This document shows, in pieces, positions 1 through 9,784 of a DNA stretch of 64,000 bases (positions are counted from its first letter, which is position 1; every line of letters starts with the position of its first letter). Made by a program: the position numbers and the translations under genes. This DNA is from an uncultured delta proteobacterium. Its GTDB lineage: Bacteria > Desulfobacterota > Desulfobacteria > Desulfobacterales > Desulfosalsimonadaceae. The notes under the pieces are model-generated. The model did no database searches, was not told the DNA's origin, and saw nothing but the letters and a program-made list of their open reading frames with translations. Where the stretch lies: NCBI GenBank assembly GCA_963826785.1, contig CAWGYD010000010.1, positions 1-64,000 of the forward strand, read 5' to 3'.

Positions 1-1072
1 TCTTACCCTGACCATAAGAATTTGTCATATTTCGCAGCTTCTTTCTGAATTTCGGCGTTCGCGCCATTTCAATAGCATTGATTATTTCACCTTTTGATGT
101 GCCGCAAAAAATGACATTATGATCAGCATATCTTCCGATTTGACGAAGTCCAACGTTTATAGCCGGAATTTGGAATGATGCCGCCTCGCATATTCCTGAA
201 GAAGAATTGCCAATAATAAAAGAACTATACTTGTAAATGGAGAGGAAAACATCCCTTGGCAAATTTTTATAAAAAACAAAATCATTCTTTTCAAATGATT
301 GTATTAACTGCCTAATTTCAAAATTGCCAGGGTCAACATTCGGGAAACTAACAAATGCGTTAATATTTTTTTCTCTTAATGACGATAGTATATTTAAAAA
401 ATATTCTTTTGCATGATCTCGTTCTTGTGAAATAGGATGATAGATAAGAAGGACAAAATCTTTAAAATCTGGCTCTTTGCCAAACATAACTTGAATTTCT
501 TTTAATGTCATTTGGTTATAGGAAACCAAATTATCCAAGGATATACTGCCAATAACAAATATCCGTTCTGGCGATTCCCCAATTCGAACAAGTCTCTCCT
601 TATGTTGCTCAAGGGAGACAAAATGTGCAGTTGAAAGTTTTGAAGTAGCATGTCTGATTGGATTATCGATATAACCATCCTGGACATGATCTCCCCCATA
701 AAAATGAAGCGTTGGAATTTCTAAATACCCGCCCAGAAGAGCTCCAATAAGCACATCTTCCCTATCACCAGCGTATATAATCAGGTCAGGATTAAATCCA
801 GCAACGACATCAATAGAGTTTTGAAGAAGCAGACTGGCACTCTTAATCCGTGCCTGTTTACTATTGGAATCAATTAATGTTTCAATACAAGCCAGAGTTG
901 GTAAGCCATCTTGCTTAATCAATTCAAGGCTATAACCAAAGGATTGTGATAGATGAGCGCCTGATACAAGCAACTTAAAATCTATTTCGTCATCTTTATT
1001 CAATAACTTATATAGGGAACTCATTAAATCGTAATCCGATCTAATACTTGTCATTGCTAATATTCTTCTCAT
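1..1072 (-). CDS. neuC: UDP/GDP-N-acetylglucosamine 2-epimerase (hydrolysing), NeuC/LegG family; 3' end runs off the window
   Basis: Not in the ORF track. Manual translation from ATG at 1072 (overlapping the GNAT stop, TAATG) gives MRRILAMTSIRSDYDLM...VSGAHLS...YAGDRED...HFYGGD...DNPIRHATSKLSTAHF, with a GNSSSG motif near 150. These are NeuC motifs. Confidence 0.88.
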   Translation of the reverse strand, partial: MRRILAMTSIRSDYDLMSSLYKLLNKDDEIDFKLLVSGAHLSQSFGYSLELIKQDGLPTLACIETLIDSNSKQARIKSASLLLQNSIDVVAGFNPDLIIYAGDREDVLIGALLGGYLEIPTLHFYGGDHVQDGYIDNPIRHATSKLSTAHFVSLEQHKERLVRIGESPERIFVIGSISLDNLVSYNQMTLKEIQVMFGKEPDFKDFVLLIYHPISQERDHAKEYFLNILSSLREKNINAFVSFPNVDPGNFEIRQLIQSFEKNDFVFYKNLPRDVFLSIYKYSSFIIGNSSSGICEAASFQIPAINVGLRQIGRYADHNVIFCGTSKGEIINAIEMARTPKFRKKLRNMTNSYGQGK

Positions 1073-2037
1073 TAATATACATCCGAATCGCTCATAGAGT
1101 AATACCAATTTCTTGCATCTGTAAGGTCTAATTTCACAAGAGTGTCGTTAAGATTTCGACCAGCAAAATAAGTACCTGATGATTCATTGCAAAATCCTAA
1201 CCTCTCAAACTCCTGGTGAAGTGGATGCCATGGAGGCAACCAAGTATTAATTTTGCAAAGGTTATTGCTAATACAGAATTGAATAAGCTTAACCACAAGG
1301 TCTCGCCCTGCTGAACTTCCTTTAATTGTTAAAATATCAATTAAATCAATTGAATTCTGATATTCCTTAAATATTGCATATCCGATCAATTCACTGTCTT
1401 CAATACAGCTAAATACCTTGTAATGATGAATTGGATTACACTTGAATCTCCAATTCAAATAATTCCTATCGCGTTTCACCAGAATATTATAATCCGCTCT
1501 AACTTTTTTCCATAAAGAATCAAATTCTTGATCGAATTCAGTTAGTTCAATCATTCTTGAATGAACCTCCGGAAGGGAGCTATTAATATTTATATTAAAA
1601 CAGAATAGAGGGATCTCATAAATATCTTTCCATCCCAAATTATTAATGAATCCTCGATGAGAAAAGTCATTTGGGAATCCATAAATCATTAAAAAATCAT
1701 TTTGTGACAATAATGAATAAAGTCTCGTTGCCAAATGAGGAAATAACCTCTCGCCACGATAACTTTGATGTGTCATCGTTGTGACAGATAGCGCTGAAAT
1801 ATATTCGATTTGGCCCACCACAAGTATGACGGGGGAAACAGCATAATGTGCAGCCAACTTATCACCATCCCAAGCCAGATAAATCATGGGGCAGCCAACC
1901 GGATTCTCTAAAAACCGCCACCTCCAGTATTTCAAGCTCATTGGCTTGCCGAATACCTGTTTAAAAAGCGTTAAAATCGCATCTTCTTCACCTGGGCGGT
2001 AAGGACGAAAATCCAGCGCCTTCTTAAGCATTTGCAA
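1072..2037 (-). CDS. GNAT-family N-acyltransferase (tandem GNAT folds)
   Basis: Motifs YWRWRFLENP, TMTHQSYRGERLF, YGFPN and RDRNYLNWRF are typical of polysaccharide-locus GNATs. Confidence 0.75.
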   Translation of the reverse strand: MQMLKKALDFRPYRPGEEDAILTLFKQVFGKPMSLKYWRWRFLENPVGCPMIYLAWDGDKLAAHYAVSPVILVVGQIEYISALSVTTMTHQSYRGERLFPHLATRLYSLLSQNDFLMIYGFPNDFSHRGFINNLGWKDIYEIPLFCFNININSSLPEVHSRMIELTEFDQEFDSLWKKVRADYNILVKRDRNYLNWRFKCNPIHHYKVFSCIEDSELIGYAIFKEYQNSIDLIDILTIKGSSAGRDLVVKLIQFCISNNLCKINTWLPPWHPLHQEFERLGFCNESSGTYFAGRNLNDTLVKLDLTDARNWYYSMSDSDVY

Positions 2038-2107
2038 GTGACCTCATTTTTATATGTCCGTTGAATATTTTCCTTATCGCTTTCTAAAGGGAAAATTACA
2101 CCCAGCT

Positions 2108-3121
2108 TTAAACCTTAATCAGGCTATCTTTTCTATAATCACAATTTGCCTTTTGCCCGACAACTTCATCCCATCGCATGGAGCTGATGCCCATGCCGGG
2201 CCTTTTCACTGTAATATTTTCCTCGCTGAAAACCTCCCCTTTGTGGATATTCCGGGCCGCCACAATACTTTTTCGAGCAAGGGGGATATTTTTGGTCTCG
2301 CTGGGGCTGGGCCGTTTGATGCCGTCGCCCAAGGCCAGTTCAACGTTGCGAATGGCTATCACCATGGCCTTGAGTTCATCCGGTTCCAGGCTGGCCTTGT
2401 GGTCCGGGCCTTCAAGATTCCTGTCCAGGGTGAAATGTTTTTCAATAATTGAAGCGCCCATGGCCGCTGCCGCGATGGACGCTTCAATGCCGAGGGTGTG
2501 ATCCGAGTAACCGACTTCAACCCTCGGAAAAGCAACGGCAATGGTCTGCATGGCTTTTAAATTCACATCCTGAAAAGGCGTTGGATATTCGGTGTTGCAG
2601 TGCAAGACGGTGATGCGTGATCTGGGTGTGCCGGCTTCCTCAAGCACGTTCAGCGCATCCTCGATTTCGCCAAGATCAGACATGCCGGTGGAGAGAATAA
2701 GCCCTTTGCCAAACGCCCCGATTTTACGCAAATAAGGTAAATTGGTAATTTCGCCGCTTGGGATTTTGAAGGTCTGAAGCCCAAGGCCATTCAGCAAATC
2801 AATACTGGGCAGATCAAATGGTGTGGACAGAAATTCAATACCTTTTTCCCGGCAGCAAGTCATCAATTCTTTATGAGCATTCAGATCCAGTTCCAAACGT
2901 TTGACCATCTCATATTGGGATTCGGATTGCGGGGTCGTCTCTATCTGATATTGGGCTTTCGAAGCATTTCGGGTGACGAGATTATCTGCTGAAAAAGTTT
3001 GAAACTTCACTGCATCAGCACCCGCCCAAGCAGCCATATCTATCATTTTTTTGGCAAATTCCAGGCTGCCATTATGATTTACGCCCACCTCAGCAATAAT
3101 AAATATCTTTTGATTAAACAT
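2108..3121 (-). CDS. neuB: N-acetylneuraminate / legionaminic acid synthase (NeuB/LegI)
   Basis: IIAEVGVNHNG, ADAVKFQTF, KIPSGEITN, GYSDHT, IEKHFTLD and a C-terminal SAF domain. Confidence 0.95.
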   Translation of the reverse strand: MFNQKIFIIAEVGVNHNGSLEFAKKMIDMAAWAGADAVKFQTFSADNLVTRNASKAQYQIETTPQSESQYEMVKRLELDLNAHKELMTCCREKGIEFLSTPFDLPSIDLLNGLGLQTFKIPSGEITNLPYLRKIGAFGKGLILSTGMSDLGEIEDALNVLEEAGTPRSRITVLHCNTEYPTPFQDVNLKAMQTIAVAFPRVEVGYSDHTLGIEASIAAAAMGASIIEKHFTLDRNLEGPDHKASLEPDELKAMVIAIRNVELALGDGIKRPSPSETKNIPLARKSIVAARNIHKGEVFSEENITVKRPGMGISSMRWDEVVGQKANCDYRKDSLIKV

Positions 3122-3707
3122 ATTTTTTTTCAGTAAGGGTGTTTGCCTTTATAAATGAAAATGGCTCGGTGAATCCGTTTTGTATGATAATCGAACCGCT
3201 TCCAATGAAAGAGCCCCGGCCAATACGAGCCACGCCGTTGACAATGGCGCCTGTGGCAATATGGCTATGTTCCTCAATGATTGCATCATGTTCAATCAAT
3301 GCCTTTGAATTAATAATGCAATTTTCCCCGATCACGGCCCCTGCGTTAATCAATGCATGGTGCATAATAATTGATCCATCAGCAATTCGTGCCCATTCGG
3401 AGACATAGGCTAAAGGGGATTGGAAAACCGGAAAACAAGCTCCCATTTTTTTCAAATCATTATAGAGTTCCATACGTCGTTTAGGGGTTTTGATCTGACC
3501 GATGGTGATCAATACATTTTTATATTTTTTAATCAAATCAGGTAAATCTGGATCTGTACCGATGATAGGATAATTCAAAACAATCTGGCCAACCTTTGCT
3601 GGTAAATCCACAATACCGGCAATCTCAAACCGGCCTTCCTGTTCGATAACATCAATACAGGATTTACAATGCCCGCCGCCGCCGATCAGAAGAATTTTTT
3701 CTTTCAT
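3114..3707 (-). CDS. Sugar acetyltransferase, NeuD/PglD/LegH family (hexapeptide repeats)
   Basis: MKEKILLIGGGGHCKSCIDVI, left-handed beta-helix repeats and EHD motif. The start at 3707 overlaps the corrected legC stop (ATGA). Confidence 0.85.
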   Translation of the reverse strand: MKEKILLIGGGGHCKSCIDVIEQEGRFEIAGIVDLPAKVGQIVLNYPIIGTDPDLPDLIKKYKNVLITIGQIKTPKRRMELYNDLKKMGACFPVFQSPLAYVSEWARIADGSIIMHHALINAGAVIGENCIINSKALIEHDAIIEEHSHIATGAIVNGVARIGRGSFIGSGSIIIQNGFTEPFSFIKANTLTEKKYV

Positions 3708-4842
3708 CGTCTCACACTGCTGGGCAGATTCACCAGCCGTTCCTCCAGCCAAATAGCATTGGAAAGATCAGCGGACTGGCATGTTTCATACATTCGCAGT
3801 CGGTTCATCAATCGCCAGGCAGGCCGTGTCATCACGCCAGCATTGTTGGAAAATTCAGAAACCCGTCCCGCATGTTTTTATCTTCGAATATCACCGCATT
3901 CAACCAGTAATTGGAACGAGCATACGGCGGCTCCGACACAAATTCAAAGCCTGCCTGTTCACAGAATTCTTTATAACGTTGTGCGGTCTCCCGCTTGTTT
4001 TGCAAAAAGCCATCCAGTTGCTCAATCTGGGCGATCAAAAGCGCGGCATTCAGATTGGGCATTCGGTAATTAAAACCCGGTAGATCATGAACATATTCGT
4101 AAAGGTGCGGGCGTTTGGCCGTGGTAGTGAGAAACTTGGCCTGCCTCGCCAATGCTTCATCGCTTGTCAGAATGGCTCCGCCGCCGCCACAGGTAATAAT
4201 TTTATTGCCATTAAAACTTAAGGTGCCCAGCTTTCCGAACGTGCCGGTATGTCTGCCTTTATAAAAACTGCCCACGCTTTCGGCTGCGTCTTCTATCAAA
4301 ATCAGATGATACTGACGGCAAATATCGTCAATCTGATCAATGCGCGCCGGATGGCCGAAGGTGTGCATGGGCAGACACGCCCGGATAATCCGGCCGGTGG
4401 TTTTGTTGACACAACCGTTTTGAGTGGGAGCTGTATGGTTCTCCAAAAAATCCGCCAGATTTTCGGGGGAAAGCCCTAATGTATCGCGATCCACGTCCAA
4501 AAAAACCGGCCTTGCGCCGCAATATGAGATGGCGTTGCAGGTCGCCACAAACGTCAATGGCTGGGTGAGGACTTCATCTCCCGGCTGAACCCCTGCCAGC
4601 AAAAGGGCCACATGCAGGGCCGCCGTGCCGTTTACAGTAGCAACGGCATAGCCTGCGCCTGTATAAGCGGATAGATCCTTTTCAACCCGATCCACAAACT
4701 GCCCAACGCTTGAAACAAATGTGGAATCAATACATTCGTCCACATATTGTTTTTCATTGCCTAAAAATCGCGGCGCATGCAGGGCAATGGAGCCTTCTTG
4801 TCCATAAAGATCGCGGATAAAGGTAATGATTTTCTCAAACAT
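3704..4842 (-). pseudogene. legC: LegC-family PLP-dependent aminotransferase (DegT/DnrJ), frameshifted near 3850 (real or sequencing error)
   Basis: VNGTAALH, EDAAES and SFNGNKIIT motifs. The ORF stops early at 3832, but another frame continues FSNNAGVMTRPAWRLMNRL...WLEERLVNLPSSVRR* to 3704. Confidence 0.85.
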
Positions 4843-5824
4843 TATAGATTTCAGCCTTGTATTTTGCTGAATGATTCGGATCAGAAAACCAGTCGATGGT
4901 TTTTTCCAGGCCCTGGCGCAATGTGAAAGATGGTTTAAAGCCGGTGAGTTTCTTTATTTTCGTATTATCGCACCAGAGCCGGAACACTTCTGATTTTTTC
5001 GGGCGGAGGCGTTGCTGGTCCGTGACGAAAACCACATCACTGTTCATGATGTCTTTGACCATATTCAGGGTTTCTCCGATGGAAAACTCCCGGTTAGAAC
5101 CGATATTGACCACCTGGCCGACAGCTTCATCGCAAGCGGCCAGGGCCAGAAACCCCCGGCAGGTATCTTCAACATAATTAAAATCCCGCGTTGGTGAAAC
5201 ATCGCCCAGCTTGATTTCCCTAAGTCCTTTCAAAATCTGAGAGATGATCGTTGGAATGACAGCTCTAGCGGACTGGCGGGGACCATAGGTGTTAAACGGC
5301 CGGGCAATGACAACCGGAAGATTAAAGGCGTTATAAAAACTCATGGCCATCATGTCCCCGGCGATCTTGCTGGCGCTGTAAGGGCTTTGGGGCTGGAGTG
5401 GATGGTTTTCATCAATGGGCACATATTGCGCCGTGCCGTAAACCTCGCTGGTGGATGTGTGAATCACTTTCTTACAACCATTTTCCAGGGCCGCCTGGCA
5501 AATATTAAGTGTGCCTTTAACATTGGTATCCACATAGCTATCCGGAGCGACATAAGAATATGGAATGGCGATTAGCGCGGCCAGATGAAAAATAATTTCC
5601 ACCCCCTTTGTAATGTGTTTGCAATAATGCGGATCGCGCACATCTCCAGTAAGCAATTCGATATCATTCAAACAATCAAGGCTCTCCAACCATCCCCAGT
5701 TGTTAAAAGAATTATACTGGCTGAGAGCCCGTACTTTAGCGCCCCTATTGAACAGCATTTCGGTTAAATGAGAACCGATAAAGCCATCCGCGCCTGTAAT
5801 AAGAATGTTTTTATCACAAAACAT
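4835..5824 (-). CDS. legB: NAD-dependent 4,6-dehydratase, LegB family
   Basis: ITGADGFIGSHL, HLAALIAIPYSY, STSEVYG, YSASK and RPFNTYGPRQSARAVIPTII. Confidence 0.9.
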   Translation of the reverse strand: MFCDKNILITGADGFIGSHLTEMLFNRGAKVRALSQYNSFNNWGWLESLDCLNDIELLTGDVRDPHYCKHITKGVEIIFHLAALIAIPYSYVAPDSYVDTNVKGTLNICQAALENGCKKVIHTSTSEVYGTAQYVPIDENHPLQPQSPYSASKIAGDMMAMSFYNAFNLPVVIARPFNTYGPRQSARAVIPTIISQILKGLREIKLGDVSPTRDFNYVEDTCRGFLALAACDEAVGQVVNIGSNREFSIGETLNMVKDIMNSDVVFVTDQQRLRPKKSEVFRLWCDNTKIKKLTGFKPSFTLRQGLEKTIDWFSDPNHSAKYKAEIYNV

Positions 5825-6503
5825 AATGTTTTTTAGCTTTTGTTCGTCCGAAAATTGTTAATTAAAAAAACAGACTGAAACGATTTTGCGATTAGCATTT
5901 TTATTGGTTTACAGGTTTCCAAAGCCTTGCTCAGCTGGAGGGTCTCTTTTCTTTCAGCCTCTTTCTGCCGAAATTATTTGTGATTGTTTTGCGGTTTTTT
6001 ACAAGATTTTCAATATTTACAATAATAACAATTTCAATTTGAGATATTTGCAATTCTTTGAAAAACCGAACCACCCGATTGGTCTCGAATTTATCATAAA
6101 TTTTTTGCTTATTTCCTCCCAATTCTCGAGCTTTCTGATGATATTCAAAGATGTACAAGGTCCGCATTCATGAGGCCATATGCTATCTATCAAGCATTGA
6201 AGGGACCGTTGTAAATGGCGGTTGATGATGCTAATCAAGGAGGTATCTTATCAACCCATCAAGAAACGAACAACAAAAAAATCGTAATAAAAATCAATAA
6301 AAATATACTCCTCAAGCGCCGTTGAATCACTGATGTGATATGATGAAATGGACGATTAAGTTGATAGCGTTAGGTCTGCCAAATAGTTCAAGCATTAACA
6401 TCAAGCTTGATATTTTAGATTTAGATGGGACGCCATCTACCTGACCATTTTTGATCTACGGGAAGCGTTCCATTTTTCAAATGAGAATTTAAAGGATAAG
6501 TAT

Positions 6504-7175
6504 ATGCATACCAATGAATTCGACTGGAATCAGTGGCGCAGTGGTTGGCTCAGGGGTGCTGCGGACCTGGGCCTTGATCTGGATGAGAAAAAAATCAGGC
6601 TGCTGGAGACGTTTGCAAGGGAATTGCTGGATGCCAACCGGACGGTGAACCTGACCAGCGTGGATGATCCGCTTGAAATTGCGGAAAACCTGATGCTCGA
6701 TTCCATGGCGCCGGGGAGATTCATCCCTAAGGGGGCCAATATTTTAGATCTGGGCACAGGGGCCGGATTTCCGGGGGTTCCTTTGAAAATCGGGTTCCCG
6801 GATTTTGATTTGACGCTGATAGACGGCAATCGGAAGAAAATCAATTTTGTCAAATACGCGATCCGGCAGCTGAAACTTGAAAATATAACCGCCCGTCAGG
6901 TAAGGGCGGAAGAACTGGCGCGGGAACAGGAAAGATTTGATGTGGTGATCAGCAAGGCCGTAACCGCCATGCCCCAGCTGATCCGGCTGGCAATGCCGTT
7001 GCTGAAAAAAGGCGGTATGCTGATGGCCATGAAGGGGAGGGGGTATCAGGCCGAATTGGATCCGGCCAAGCTTGCTGAAGTTGTTGATATGGAGCGGATT
7101 CGAATCGATATCGAGCATTACCGGCTGCCGCAGCTGAATATTGATCGGGTGCTGGTTATTGTCCGGTTGGATTAG
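6504..7175 (+). CDS. rsmG: 16S rRNA m7G527 methyltransferase RsmG (GidB)
   Basis: NRTVNLTS, LDLGTGAGFPGVPL, RAEE and AMKG motifs. Confidence 0.92.
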   Translation: MHTNEFDWNQWRSGWLRGAADLGLDLDEKKIRLLETFARELLDANRTVNLTSVDDPLEIAENLMLDSMAPGRFIPKGANILDLGTGAGFPGVPLKIGFPDFDLTLIDGNRKKINFVKYAIRQLKLENITARQVRAEELAREQERFDVVISKAVTAMPQLIRLAMPLLKKGGMLMAMKGRGYQAELDPAKLAEVVDMERIRIDIEHYRLPQLNIDRVLVIVRLD

Positions 7176-7190
7176 ATGATTTGTACGGCC

Positions 7191-7652
7191 TTACCCGGGA
7201 CCTTTATCGCCGAGTCGTAATCTGCTCTGTTTCCTCAAGTTTTCAAGAAACGGTTTGAAATCATAATAAAGCCCTTTTAACGCGATCTCATATTCGATCC
7301 GCGCTTCATGATCGGCCTCATATATGTTTTTTCCTGTGGTCACTGCCTGGTATGCGGTTTCATAAGAGGCTGAATTAAGGATGATTACATCCGTCTGCCG
7401 ATTCAGCATCAACCCGATTTCTGTTGCCGCCATATACGCAGAGGCCGATGCCGAAAACGGATCTTTTTTATAGCGGGTATGATCCACAAGAAAGGCCATA
7501 TCAATGTCAGAAGCATCACGGAAATTTTCTCCATGAAGGGCAGAGCCGAAAACATATACGGCTTTTATGGAGTTCCTGGCCTCGTCGGATAGGGAAAGGA
7601 AGTCATTCAGTTTAAGCTGAATGGCTTCGATGAGGTTTGATTTCTCAGGCAT
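7191..7652 (-). CDS. Minimal nucleotidyltransferase (MntA-like type VII TA antitoxin)
   Basis: VYVFGS-x10-SDIDMAFL motif, third Asp in TDVIILN, and a C-terminal YYDFKPFL segment typical of MntA. Confidence 0.8.
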   Translation of the reverse strand: MPEKSNLIEAIQLKLNDFLSLSDEARNSIKAVYVFGSALHGENFRDASDIDMAFLVDHTRYKKDPFSASASAYMAATEIGLMLNRQTDVIILNSASYETAYQAVTTGKNIYEADHEARIEYEIALKGLYYDFKPFLENLRKQSRLRLGDKGPG

Positions 7653-7676
7653 CTTGTATCCAAACGCTATCTTCGA

Positions 7677-8063
7677 TCACCAGTAAATATCTGCCCCATA
7701 GAGTTTAAGTTTTGAATCGCCGCTGATAATACCCATGGATTCAATACGGGCTTGTGCAATCAGCATCCGGTCAAAGGGGTCCTTATGATGCATGGGCAAT
7801 GAGCCGGCTGTGATTGCATGGTCATTGTGAATGGGCAGTATCTCAATTTGATTTTTGTTCAGCTCGGATGGAAGCAGGGTTTCCAGTGGTTCTTCAATTT
7901 CAAGACGGCCCAGTGCACATTTAATTGCCAGCTCCCATGAGCTTGCTACACTCCAATAAAGCACATTCCGATGGTTACGAATGACTCCCCGAACAGCAGC
8001 AGGCAATCGTGGATCTCCTGTAATCCACCAGATCAATACGTGGGTATCCAACAAGTACCGCAT
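7677..8063 (-). CDS. vapC: PIN-domain toxin (VapC family)
   Basis: MRYLLDTHVLIWW...SVASSWEL...HKDPFDRMLIAQA...SGD. Confidence 0.9.
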   Translation of the reverse strand: MRYLLDTHVLIWWITGDPRLPAAVRGVIRNHRNVLYWSVASSWELAIKCALGRLEIEEPLETLLPSELNKNQIEILPIHNDHAITAGSLPMHHKDPFDRMLIAQARIESMGIISGDSKLKLYGADIYW

Positions 8064-8072
8064 TATTCTCAA

Positions 8073-8297
8073 TTACTTGTAAAATTCATTCAAGATGTCA
8101 TCCGGCAGCGGAGCGAAGAAATCATCCCGCATCCGGATTTTATTTTTTGCAGTACCAGGCTTCCGATCCTGTTGAATGTGTTTTATAGGAATCAGTTTCG
8201 CTACCGGCTGACCGTATCGGGCGATAATCACTTCTCTGCCTTCGGCAATCAGGCGGGAAAGTTGCGTTTTTGCCTGGTGTATATTGATTTGCTCCAT
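8073..8297 (-). CDS. Phd/YefM-family antitoxin
   Basis: NIHQAKTQLSRLI...EVIIARYGQPVAKLIP, directly upstream of vapC. Confidence 0.88.
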   Translation of the reverse strand: MEQINIHQAKTQLSRLIAEGREVIIARYGQPVAKLIPIKHIQQDRKPGTAKNKIRMRDDFFAPLPDDILNEFYK

Positions 8298-8477
8298 TCT
8301 GTTTCCTTTCTGATGAATTTGAATCAAACTTAGTTCAATCTTTATGCGATGTCAATCCAATTTATTATCTAAGGCTGGCTACGCCCGCAATCCAGAATTG
8401 ACAGAGCCAATATCGGAAGCATTACGGGACATACGCTTGACAACGCATAATTATTGAGCGAGGCCAGTGCAGAATAT

Positions 8478-8509
8478 CTGGATTCCGGCTTAAAGATTGC
8501 CGGAATGAC
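8478..8509. repeat. Solo REP-like hairpin (CTGGATTCCGGC-N-GCCGGAATGAC family)
   Basis: Near-identical to 21122-21153 and to the hairpin carried inside the MITEs. Confidence 0.75.
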
Positions 8510-8608
8510 AAATGGCCTTAGCCGTTTTAGCCAAGCCAAACGTTAAGACCTTTACTGGATACAATGGATAAACAGATTATTCTTTAAATTAAATGATAGA
8601 GAGACCAT

Positions 8609-9031
8609 TTATTCATCCCATGGATTGACCAGTTCCAAACCTTCGATCCCGGAAAAATCTTTGATATTGCGCGTTGCCAAAGTCATCCTGCCAACCCGGG
8701 CAATGGATGCGATTTGCACATCCTCCACACTCATGGGCCGGCCCTGTCGATTCCGCTCCGCCATGATTGAGGCATACTCCCGTGCCGCATCGCAATCAAA
8801 AGGCAGACATTGACCTGAAAAATCTTCCTGAAACATCTGCTCTGCCATTTCAAGCAACCTCGTCCTGCGCCTTCCGGCAGGCAAAAGTGAAATCCCCAGC
8901 TGAATCTCAGCTGCGGTCACCGCGCTGATCCATACATCCAATTCAGGTTGGGCGTCCAGCCAGCGGATTACCCCCAGGTTGGGCGATGGGCGCATGGCTT
9001 CCGATACGACATTGGTATCCAACAGGATCAT
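8609..9031 (-). CDS. vapC: PIN-domain toxin, FitB/VapC-like
   Basis: MILLDTNVVSE...SAVTAAEI...EDVQIASIA...LATRNIKDF. Confidence 0.9.
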   Translation of the reverse strand: MILLDTNVVSEAMRPSPNLGVIRWLDAQPELDVWISAVTAAEIQLGISLLPAGRRRTRLLEMAEQMFQEDFSGQCLPFDCDAAREYASIMAERNRQGRPMSVEDVQIASIARVGRMTLATRNIKDFSGIEGLELVNPWDE

Positions 9032-9285
9032 GCTGTTTCATCCGGATCAAAATTGGGCAAACGGCGAGGGACGGAACGGGGTACATCCGGCAGATCTGCA
9101 CCACCGGCAGCCGTAAAACGCATGGATATGCGGGTACCGATTCCGGTGGAACTCTTCTTGCGCAGCAGAAAATGTTTTAGAATCTGCCGGGCTTCTTCTT
9201 CCATGGATCTGCCGTTTTCAGCAGCGCGCATGCGCAGGCTCGCTTTCAATGAATCATCTATATTTCGTAAGGTCAGACTTGCCAC
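9028..9285 (-). CDS. FitA-like ribbon-helix-helix antitoxin
   Basis: MASLTLRNIDDSLKASLRMRAAENGRSMEEEARQIL, with an ATGA overlap to the toxin. Confidence 0.88.
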   Translation of the reverse strand: MASLTLRNIDDSLKASLRMRAAENGRSMEEEARQILKHFLLRKKSSTGIGTRISMRFTAAGGADLPDVPRSVPRRLPNFDPDETA

Positions 9286-9390
9286 GATAACCGCTCCTTT
9301 TCAATTCTTTGATGTGAAATCAATGTATGCAGTGCAATCATTCATGTCAAGCAAATCCCGAAATGTGTAGCAGGGCTGAGAAATATTTCC

Positions 9391-9419
9391 TTGACAACGA
9401 GCAACGCTGTTAATAACCT
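9391..9419 (+). promoter_or_regulatory. Putative sigma70 promoter for the B12 operon
   Basis: TTGACA-17 bp-TAACCT just upstream of the riboswitch. Confidence 0.55.
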
Positions 9420-9433
9420 TTCGATCGATAAAA

Positions 9434-9594
9434 CTGTTTCAGGTGCTCATAAGAGCTCAATAGGGAACCCCGTGGAAACCGGGGACGGGCCCGCCGCTGT
9501 GATTGGGGATGAACGCCGCTGAAGCCACTGCAGGAAACTGCGGGAAGGTGCGGCAAGTAAGTTGATCCAAGAGTCAGAAGACCTGCCTGAACAA
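9434..9594 (+). ncRNA. Cobalamin riboswitch
   Basis: AGGTGC...AATAGGGAA-CCCCGTGGAAACCGGGGACGGGCCCGCCGCTGTG...GCCACTG...GGGAAGG...GAGTCAGAAGACCTGCCTGA (B12 box), upstream of a TonB-dependent receptor. Confidence 0.93.
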
Positions 9595-9648
9595 AAATGG
9601 CTGATATCTTCCCGGTTGGGGTAGAAGCCGCATACCGATTCCAGGATA

Positions 9649-9700
9649 AAAAAGGGAAATCTTCGGATCCGTGAAAATGGGCCGTGGTTTCCCTTTTTTT
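9649..9700 (+). terminator. Probable riboswitch expression-platform terminator
   Basis: AAAAAAGGGAAA...TTTCCCTTTTTTT inverted repeat with a U-tract, between the aptamer and the CDS. Confidence 0.5.
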
Positions 9701-9784
9701 GTTTGGTAAAGAAATCCCCCCTGGCCCCCCTTTGAAAAAAAGGGGGGGAGAAAAAGACAAAATATTCTTTGAAATGGTATACAG

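Noticed and set aside
5931..6238. Small minus-strand ORFs upstream of legB
   Set aside because: Overlapping short ORFs in AT-rich DNA with no recognisable family. Possibly a gene remnant, but this is not supportable.
9316..9341. FitA-type operator (TGAAATCA...TGCAATCA)
   Set aside because: The half-sites are in direct rather than inverted orientation and match only loosely, which is not enough to call.
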